Shown here in pieces: positions 18,999 to 25,911 of a stretch of DNA of 32,000 nt; position 1 is the first letter of the stretch; each line of letters starts with the position of its first letter. This DNA comes from Candidatus Paracaedimonas acanthamoebae (GTDB lineage Bacteria; Pseudomonadota; Alphaproteobacteria; Caedimonadales; Caedimonadaceae). Both the position numbers and the translations under genes were made by a program. The DNA lies in the NCBI GenBank assembly GCA_000743035.1, contig CP008936.1, positions 540,001 to 572,000 on the forward strand, given 5' to 3'. The notes under the pieces are model-generated. The model searched no databases. It was not told where the DNA came from and saw only the letters and a program-made list of their open reading frames with translations.

Positions 18999-19838
18999 TT
19001 AGAATGATTTCTGAGAATATGAAAATATCTCATTGCATTGCTCAATGATCTTATTAAGACGTATTTGAAATTCTCCTTTTGATGGCCGATACAAAGCAAG
19101 TATTCGATAATGAGAAGGCACAGGCTGCCAAGAAACAGGCTGCAATGCCGCTTTCTTTGCCAGAAAGTCTGGAAGAAATCCAACATCATTTGAGCAAGCA
19201 CATATATCTGCAATAAGAGACCAACTTGGAATACGAGCTTTTATTTGGAGAGAGTAATCATACATTTGATTCCATCTCTGAATTAACCTTAAGACTTCTA
19301 TCTGATTCTCAGGCAAGAGGACAGGACACAGAGGAATATCTGAGTGTTTTGCATAGAGTTGAAAAGAACCTAACCCTACTTCAAGAGAGGCTAATCCCTC
19401 CCATGGAGCATTATCTGGCACAAGAGCAATATCTATTTCATCGCGTAAGACCATTCCATAAGCTTTATCAGGGCGCATGAAATGGAGATCTATTGTTTCA
19501 CTCTTTAATAATGTAGGGACTATAACGCGTGCAATAGCATGTGTAGTTGCAAGACGGATAGGTTGAGGACCATGCATTGCTACGGTCTCTCGAAAATGCT
19601 TTATCCATTCTTCAAGTTTCGAAACAAGTGTTGTTCCTTTATGTATTAAACGGAATTGCCTTTTTTCATGGGTGCATAAGGATTCATTAAAAGCGGCCTC
19701 AACACGCAAAATTGCTGCACTTGCAGCGCTTTGACTTAAATTGTGAAATGAGGCTGCTTTACTTAAATTTTTTAAATGAGCAGCAGTAATGAAGAGTTCG
19801 ATATCTGCAAGACGTAAATGGCGGAGAGCTTGATTCAA
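18999..19838 (-). CDS. LysR-family transcriptional regulator
   Basis: N-terminal wHTH (LRLADIELFITAAHLKNLSKAASFHNLSQSAASAAILRVEAAF) followed by a substrate-binding-type domain. TTG start. Divergent from the nucleotide transporter gene. Confidence 0.85.
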   Translation of the reverse strand: MNQALRHLRLADIELFITAAHLKNLSKAASFHNLSQSAASAAILRVEAAFNESLCTHEKRQFRLIHKGTTLVSKLEEWIKHFRETVAMHGPQPIRLATTHAIARVIVPTLLKSETIDLHFMRPDKAYGMVLRDEIDIALVPDNAPWEGLASLEVGLGSFQLYAKHSDIPLCPVLLPENQIEVLRLIQRWNQMYDYSLQIKARIPSWSLIADICACSNDVGFLPDFLAKKAALQPVSWQPVPSHYRILALYRPSKGEFQIRLNKIIEQCNEIFSYSQKSF

Positions 19839-19852
19839 TTTATATCATTTTT

Positions 19853-19880
19853 TCCGATTAATAATATCAATTCTATCGGA
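19853..19880. promoter_or_regulatory. perfect inverted repeat TCCGAT-N16-ATCGGA in the LysR/NTT divergent intergenic region (candidate operator)
   Basis: TCCGAT at 19853-19858 and ATCGGA at 19875-19880, with an inner GAT-N7-ATC dyad at 19856-19868. It lies 15 nt upstream of the LysR start and about 57 nt upstream of the NTT start. Confidence 0.3.
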
Positions 19881-19936
19881 GATACAAAAATAAACCAATA
19901 GTGTAAAGTACCGCAACATGTTGAAAGGAGATATTG

Positions 19937-21325
19937 ATGCTTGGTTTATTGATGAAGTTATGTAGCTTTAACTTTGGAACTTTTGAAAAGGAAGAGTTCA
20001 AGAAATTTTTACGTATGGGACTAATATTTGCTTTTATTATTGGTGTCTATTGGACTCTCCGACCTTTAAAAGATTCTCTCTTTATCCAATTTGTTGACAA
20101 AATGCAGTTGCCATATGCAAAAACCATATCCGTTTTAATGCTTCTTCCTTTAGTAATGTTTTATACAAAGCTTTTAGAAAAAACCTCGAGAGAGAAGATG
20201 CTTTATATATTTCCAGCATTTTATGGCTTTGGGATTTTGTGTTTTGGAATATTAATGCTGCTTGCTCATGGTACATCAAATGAGATTAATTCTAGAGCAT
20301 TGCTTCCCTTTATTGGTACGAAAGTACTTGGATATGTTTGGTATTTCTTTGTTGAAAGTTTTGGATCTCTTGTCGTCGCCCTCTTTTGGGCTTTTGCAAC
20401 AGATACAACTGAACCCTCATCTGCAAAAAGAGGCTTTCCTTTAGTGGTTGCTATTGGACAGATGGGCGGAATTGTGTGTCCTTATGGTATCGGCGGCCTT
20501 CCTCATCGTCTCGGACTTGAAACAGATACTCTTTCAATGATCATCTTAAGCCTTCTTACTTTCTCTATTATCGCACTTGTTCAATATTTATTGAAGGCAA
20601 CCCCAAGCTCTCTTCTTAAATCATTTCAGGGAGAAAATGACCCCAAAGAAAACGTTCAGCACGAGGCTGGTTTTTTGGAAGGATTAAAGTTGTTATTATC
20701 ACATAAGTACCTTATGGGAATATTTGCGTCGAATTTTATTTATGAGTTGGTTGTAACTATTTTTGATTTCAACTTTAAACTCTCTGCTAGCACTCATTAT
20801 TCCGGTGTAGCACTCACTAATTATTTAAGTGTATATGGCTCTAGCGTGAATATTGTTTCTCTTTTTTGTCTTCTCTTCGGTATTAGCAATGTGACTCGCT
20901 TCTTAGGTGTTGGTATTGCCCTTGCAGTTATGCCCATTATTATAGGACTTGCCTTATTTAGTTTCTTAACAATTGACTCATTATCTTTCTTATTTGCATT
21001 AATGGTTGGGTCTAAAGCAATTAATTACGCTTTGAATGGCCCAGCTTTAAAACAGTTGTACATTCCTACAACAACAGATGCTCGCTTTAAAGCACAAGCT
21101 TGGATCGAAACTTTTGGATCACGAGCATCTAAAGAAGTTGCTTCTGTCTTTAATATGACTCTTAAACCATTACAAAGTATTTTTGGAGAGCTCGCTGGTA
21201 AATCCTATTACCTTGCTCTTAGCGGATTTATAGGCTTTCCATTGTTGATTTTATGGTTCATAACTGCTCTCTTTTTAGGAAGAAAGTATCGCACTGCAAT
21301 TAAAGAACAGAAGGTTATTTGTTAA
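19937..21325 (+). CDS. ATP/ADP-translocase-type nucleotide transporter (NTT/Tlc family, TC 2.A.12)
   Basis: N-terminal EEFKKFLRMGLIFAFIIGVYWTLRPLKDSLF and FWAFATDTTEPSSAKRGFPLVVAIGQMGG match hallmark NTT/Tlc motifs (the RxxKD and AKR(F)Y regions). Polytopic. The ATG at 19937 follows AAAGGAG (19924-19930); the TTG at 19934 is an alternative start. Confidence 0.85.
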   Translation: MLGLLMKLCSFNFGTFEKEEFKKFLRMGLIFAFIIGVYWTLRPLKDSLFIQFVDKMQLPYAKTISVLMLLPLVMFYTKLLEKTSREKMLYIFPAFYGFGILCFGILMLLAHGTSNEINSRALLPFIGTKVLGYVWYFFVESFGSLVVALFWAFATDTTEPSSAKRGFPLVVAIGQMGGIVCPYGIGGLPHRLGLETDTLSMIILSLLTFSIIALVQYLLKATPSSLLKSFQGENDPKENVQHEAGFLEGLKLLLSHKYLMGIFASNFIYELVVTIFDFNFKLSASTHYSGVALTNYLSVYGSSVNIVSLFCLLFGISNVTRFLGVGIALAVMPIIIGLALFSFLTIDSLSFLFALMVGSKAINYALNGPALKQLYIPTTTDARFKAQAWIETFGSRASKEVASVFNMTLKPLQSIFGELAGKSYYLALSGFIGFPLLILWFITALFLGRKYRTAIKEQKVIC

Positions 21326-21837
21326 TAGCCTCGGAATTTTTAGTAAATACACTATCAATAAACTTTCATCAATTTATAGGTGCAAATTAATGAAGTATCA
21401 AATGGTACCATAGCTCTTTTTTTTTACGGGACATTAAAAAAATCAAAATGATGGCTTGAAGACTGCCTTCAGTTATTTTGATTTCTTTCTTTCTGTTAAT
21501 TCTAATCAAGAATCAACATCAGTTACTTCATATATTAATTAGTCTTGAGCATAAGTAAATTCCAGGCTGGTAAAAAGGTGAGATTTCCTCTTGGAAAACA
21601 TATAATTCTATACTAAATTCAACAAATAGTATGTTTTTTTAATGATATGCTTTTTTAGAGGAGGGGGGGTGCAAAAATTATGCTGCTCATTCTTGACGAA
21701 AAGTACTACAAAAAAACATTGAGGGTTTTTACTCTCTAAAAGGTTTTTGAGTTTTCGAGCGCAAAGCTTGAAAAAGGGGCAAAGACAAGCTCTTTGGTCC
21801 TACGTCTCCCAGACGTGAAGCCTCCCTGTTTAAACTT

Positions 21838-21870
21838 GGCCGGGGTTTTTAACCCCGGCCCTTTTTTTTT
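21838..21870 (+). terminator. strong plus-strand intrinsic terminator with no annotated plus-strand gene nearby
   Basis: A perfect 8-bp GC stem GGCCGGGG (21838-21845) / CCCCGGCC (21853-21860) with a 7-nt loop, then a T9 run at 21862-21870. Read on the minus strand, the hairpin is followed by AAGTTTAAAC, a poor U-tract. Confidence 0.75.
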
Positions 21871-21884
21871 ATCTTAGATTTCTC

Positions 21885-23816
21885 TTAGTAATAAAGAAAA
21901 TTTGCGATCTGAGTAATTTGCTCATCGAATTCTTCATGTTGCCACCAAATGACTGGTGCAATGTCGCCTGACCGGAATTCGCGATACATAGGGGCTGCAT
22001 ACTTAAGGATCATCACTTGGTTATTAGACGGGGAAAACCAATCTTTATTGCGCATTTCAAGCTCAGTAAGATTGGTGGGGACATCAACATTTGGATTATT
22101 AAAGGTTTGTTTGATATCTGCCATATTCTTTTGATGAGATCTTGGTGTAATTAAATATGTTACCGACTTACGCACGCTATTCGTTGTCTCTCGTGAAAAT
22201 AAATACTGAATTCCTGGAATATCTTGAAGGAGTGGAAAACCAGATTTTTCGGCTTGATCTTCATGAGAGTTAATTCCACCAAGCATAAGCGTTTCACCCA
22301 GTTTCATTTCAACTGTGGTCTTCACATGGCTGGTCTGGATAGGCGTAAAGGTTTTCGTCACATCATTTGAGACGTCTGGTGTTAAACTACCGTAGACTTC
22401 AATTTCAAGCAGGACGCGGTCTCCTACTAGAGAAAGAGGAGTCACTTTAACTGTAATACCCGTTGGCGTCTTTGCAACGTTACCCCCAAACTGGCCTGTA
22501 AGACCTAAGGCGAGATCAGTACCAGCATAAAACTCTGCATGCTTGCCAACAATAGTTGTTACAGAGGGGCGATCTAGAACTTTAATGCGCTTCATTACAG
22601 CATTCGCAATATTTAAACTGTAACTAACGCTTCCAAAAGAAACACCTTGGGTAAAGAGGCGGGAGACTGAAAGAGGCGAACCACCTCCTGATATTGTTGC
22701 GGATAGATTTTGAGCCCCAGGAAAAACAGTATGGGATTGAAAATCAACGGCAGTTCTCGTCAATGTGCCATCACCATTATTAATAGTCGATGGAATGCCA
22801 TGCCCACGCGCCCTCATATGGGTGCCTGGAGCGAGTGTTAAAGAAAAGTTTTCAAGGATATTGTTTCCTTTAGCTGTTGAGGCTTCTTCACTCACTCGCA
22901 TCACAATCGCATCAATGGCAACCATTTGTGCAGGAGCTGCTGGTGCTTGAGGGGCTGCTGCAGCGGTTTGCTGTTTATTTCCATCGGAAGCACTTGCTGC
23001 ATCACCACTTGTAGCAGCGTTTGGATCTGCCGAGGCATCATCACCAGCGGCAGTATCCTCAGCTTGAGCAAGCATAATAAAGCCGCCATCGTATAAACGT
23101 TTCCATTCATCAACACGGCGCTTTGCCAATTGAGCTTGGGACTTATTCTCAGCTAAGCTCTCATACTTTTTTAAATAAGTATCGGCTTCTTGGGATTTTC
23201 CTGAGGCGGCCATAATTATGCCTGCAGTGCGATACGCGTCTGCTTTGTTGGGAGCCGCTTTAATATACCGTTCAATGGCAGCTTGAGCTGTTTTGATGTC
23301 ACCAAGATAATATGAAGCTGAAGCCAGTTCATATAAAGCAGGGAGGTTATTCGGTTCAATCAATAGAACGTTGGCAAACTCTTCTTGGGCACTTTTGTGA
23401 TCTTTTTGCTGTCTCTTAACACGACCTAGCTGTAAGGAAGCAATACTGTTTGAAGGATCAAATTTGAGAGCTTGGTTATAACCTGCTTCTGCAATTTCAA
23501 GCTGAGACACATCACCTTTACGAGCGATAAGTTGATAGGTCATGGCATTAAGCGTATGGAGCCAGGAGTTGGTAGGATCATCTACAAGAGCAATATTAAA
23601 GGCTTGTGAAGCTTCGGTGTAGTTTCCAGCCATTAAAGCTTGAATTCCTTCTTTAACAAGCACTTTTTCTTCTGAATGAGACTTCTCAGCAAGGATTTGT
23701 TCCAGAGATTTTCCTTGAGCCATTGATTTCTCATGAGAATTTGATGCGGGCTCATCCGCGCAACCCGCAAGAACAAGCACAGCCATAGCGGTTAAAGATA
23801 AGTGTAATTTTTTCAA
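21885..23816 (-). CDS. outer-membrane lipoprotein: N-terminal TPR domain fused to a secretin core domain
   Basis: TTG start preceded by GGGAGGGG. Lipobox LVLAGC (Cys19). Several TPR-like repeats (YTEASQAFNIALVDDPTNSW, AEAGYNQALKFDPSNS, AQEEFANVLLIEPNNLPALYELA, AQAAIERYIKAAPNKADAY). An Ala/Pro/Asp-rich linker. A secretin core running from MVAIDAIVMRVSEEAS to GFPLLQDIPGIQYLFSRETTNSVRKSVTYLITPR. The C-terminus ends in aromatic residues (FLYY). Confidence 0.8.
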   Translation of the reverse strand: MKKLHLSLTAMAVLVLAGCADEPASNSHEKSMAQGKSLEQILAEKSHSEEKVLVKEGIQALMAGNYTEASQAFNIALVDDPTNSWLHTLNAMTYQLIARKGDVSQLEIAEAGYNQALKFDPSNSIASLQLGRVKRQQKDHKSAQEEFANVLLIEPNNLPALYELASASYYLGDIKTAQAAIERYIKAAPNKADAYRTAGIIMAASGKSQEADTYLKKYESLAENKSQAQLAKRRVDEWKRLYDGGFIMLAQAEDTAAGDDASADPNAATSGDAASASDGNKQQTAAAAPQAPAAPAQMVAIDAIVMRVSEEASTAKGNNILENFSLTLAPGTHMRARGHGIPSTINNGDGTLTRTAVDFQSHTVFPGAQNLSATISGGGSPLSVSRLFTQGVSFGSVSYSLNIANAVMKRIKVLDRPSVTTIVGKHAEFYAGTDLALGLTGQFGGNVAKTPTGITVKVTPLSLVGDRVLLEIEVYGSLTPDVSNDVTKTFTPIQTSHVKTTVEMKLGETLMLGGINSHEDQAEKSGFPLLQDIPGIQYLFSRETTNSVRKSVTYLITPRSHQKNMADIKQTFNNPNVDVPTNLTELEMRNKDWFSPSNNQVMILKYAAPMYREFRSGDIAPVIWWQHEEFDEQITQIANFLYY

Positions 23817-23896
23817 GGTCCCCTCCCTTAATTAAGAAAAATTAATTAAAATTTTACATAAGCCTAAAGAAAAAAAAGAAGTTGTAAAGAGACTTT

Positions 23897-24415
23897 TTAA
23901 TTATTAGTTGTTTTTTCTAGAAATTTTTGCGCAACAAAAGGAGAAACAAAAGGCGTTACATCGCCACCTAATTGGGCAACTTCTTTAATCATGCTTGAAG
24001 AAATAAATTGATATCGTTCTGAGGCCATGAGAAAAATGGTCTCAAGTTCAGGTGAAAGCGAAGTGTTCATGCCAACAAGCTGTAATTCATATTCAAAATC
24101 TGAAACGGCTCTTAATCCTCGAATGAGAGTGCGAGCACCGACTTTCTTTGCAAAGTTGACGAGTAAGGTATCAAAAGTTTGAACTTCAATATTATTGAGG
24201 TTTTTCTCTGCAGAGAGCGCCTCAACTTCATGTTGCACAAGTTGAAAGCGTTCTTGTAAGGAAAAAGTGGGATTTTTTCCAGCATTTACAGCGATAGCAA
24301 TAATAATTTTATCAAAAAGCAGGGCAGCGCGCTGGATAATATCTCGATGACCTTTCGTGATGGGGTCAAAAGTCCCTGGATAAACAGCGATTTGTTGAGG
24401 AGATTTTTGTGACAT
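23897..24415 (-). CDS. coaD: phosphopantetheine adenylyltransferase
   Basis: VYPGTFDPITKGHRDII nucleotidyltransferase motif and ISSSMIKEV near the C-terminus. Typical length of about 170 aa. Confidence 0.93.
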   Translation of the reverse strand: MSQKSPQQIAVYPGTFDPITKGHRDIIQRAALLFDKIIIAIAVNAGKNPTFSLQERFQLVQHEVEALSAEKNLNNIEVQTFDTLLVNFAKKVGARTLIRGLRAVSDFEYELQLVGMNTSLSPELETIFLMASERYQFISSSMIKEVAQLGGDVTPFVSPFVAQKFLEKTTNN

Positions 24416-24420
24416 TCAAC

Positions 24421-25830
24421 TTATTCTTTTTTTAAAGATGACGTAAGCTCAACATTTCCTTGAGGATCTATCGTAAAAGTTGCACCTTCTATAAGGTTAG
24501 GATTGTCTCTTAGTTGGCCTGCAGACTTGTTGAAATTAAGAGTCAAATTAGGATCATAAGATCTATTTGCTCGATTATTGCGATAGTCATATAAAACATG
24601 AGCAATGAAAGTAAGACCGTCCTCTAGACACTTATTAATAGCCATTTTTCTAGGAAGTCCTTGTTTTGTATGCTCCCCCATCAAGTTAACGAGTATAGCT
24701 GGAACGTATGTTGGTGTCTGTTCTTTCCGATAAATAAGAGGATCATATTCAGATGAAATAAGGGCTTTTTGAGTTGGGGTAAGGCGCGTAAAGGTGTCTT
24801 GAAGAGCTGCACCATCTTCTGTCGTATAAAGCCGCATCATTGCGCCCATGCGCGCTAGTAGAAATGTCGTATTTGAAGTTTTGTCTAATCCTAACCATTC
24901 AGCGCGCTTGGATAAGTACCTCTTCAGGGCTTCTTGTTCTGAATGGTCTGCAAGCTCATGCAAACCATCTTTGATTGCAAAGATAGTTTTAAAAGTATTT
25001 TCTGTCATCACCTTAGAGCCAACGTTATCTTCATGTCCACGCGCAGCACTGACATCACAAATATGGGTCAAAATTTCAAAGTCAAATTCTTGAGGATTAT
25101 CTGCGAGAATGCCAGATTCCTTTAATTTTGTTAGAATTTCAGGGCCACCCTCGACATGAGTAACATGCCCTAGATGAACAAGACCTTTTGTCTTCTTGAT
25201 GTGCTTTTGTTGTGTTGGTGTCAATATTTGAAAGGTAGAGAAAATTTCTGGACATTTTTCCAGGCATTCATCTAAGAAAAGATCATGATCTGCTTCAGTA
25301 ATGTGGTATTTTTGAGCTTTTTCATGAGCCACTTTGGTTTTACCCATATCTCCTAAAATAAGATTAATTTCAAGCATTTGCAGCACTTGAGGATCTTTTT
25401 GAATAATTGTTTGAGCAAAATGGTGCAGCTTTTGAAAGGAATCGCGCGTAAGTTTTTCGGCTGTAGGTTGTAGACTTGTAAAGCGCTCATATGCAATATC
25501 ACTGCCATCCGCGATTAGATAGAGGCAAACAAGACTTAAAATTGTTCTTTCAAATTCAGGATAGTGAGCGCCTGTAATTTTCTTTGACCAGCTATGTGGG
25601 AATTGTTCAATTTTTCCTTCTTGAGTGTGCTGAACATTTTTATCTAGCAACCATTCAAGCTCAGGATATGTTGTGATTTTTGATTTTGCCCATTCTTCAG
25701 AACCCAGAGTTTCTAAGCTTGAGAGAGGTGACGTCGAAGATGAAGAGGGATAAGTGGGTTGAGATAGAAAGGAAAACAGAAAGAAAAATGAAGCTAAATA
25801 AAGTTTTTTTCTAAAAGTTTTATACTGCAT
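24421..25830 (-). CDS. exported protein of unknown function (Sec-type signal peptide)
   Basis: ATG preceded by AAGGGGGA. Signal-like N-terminus MQYKTFRKKLYLASFFFLFSFLSQP followed by a Ser-rich stretch. It has no family I can name. It contains a C-x5-R string (HICDVSAARG) and a His/Asp cluster (HITEADHD, HLGHVTH). The stop lies 5 nt before the coaD start. Confidence 0.7.
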   Translation of the reverse strand: MQYKTFRKKLYLASFFFLFSFLSQPTYPSSSSTSPLSSLETLGSEEWAKSKITTYPELEWLLDKNVQHTQEGKIEQFPHSWSKKITGAHYPEFERTILSLVCLYLIADGSDIAYERFTSLQPTAEKLTRDSFQKLHHFAQTIIQKDPQVLQMLEINLILGDMGKTKVAHEKAQKYHITEADHDLFLDECLEKCPEIFSTFQILTPTQQKHIKKTKGLVHLGHVTHVEGGPEILTKLKESGILADNPQEFDFEILTHICDVSAARGHEDNVGSKVMTENTFKTIFAIKDGLHELADHSEQEALKRYLSKRAEWLGLDKTSNTTFLLARMGAMMRLYTTEDGAALQDTFTRLTPTQKALISSEYDPLIYRKEQTPTYVPAILVNLMGEHTKQGLPRKMAINKCLEDGLTFIAHVLYDYRNNRANRSYDPNLTLNFNKSAGQLRDNPNLIEGATFTIDPQGNVELTSSLKKE

Positions 25831-25911
25831 CAGTAATCCCCCTTAGTACAAACGTTTACCACTCATAAAAGCTATAAATGTTTCTGAGAGGGATTACAAT
25901 GCCTTTTCTTC

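Noticed and set aside
23828-23849. Direct repeat TTAATTAA-GAAAAA-TTAATTAA upstream of the secretin gene. I also looked for CtrA-type TTAA-N7-TTAA sites here and upstream of ftsZ.
   Set aside because: The spacing does not fit TTAA-N7-TTAA, and such AT-only palindromes are expected by chance in AT-rich intergenic DNA. No CtrA-type site was found upstream of ftsQ, ftsA or ftsZ either.
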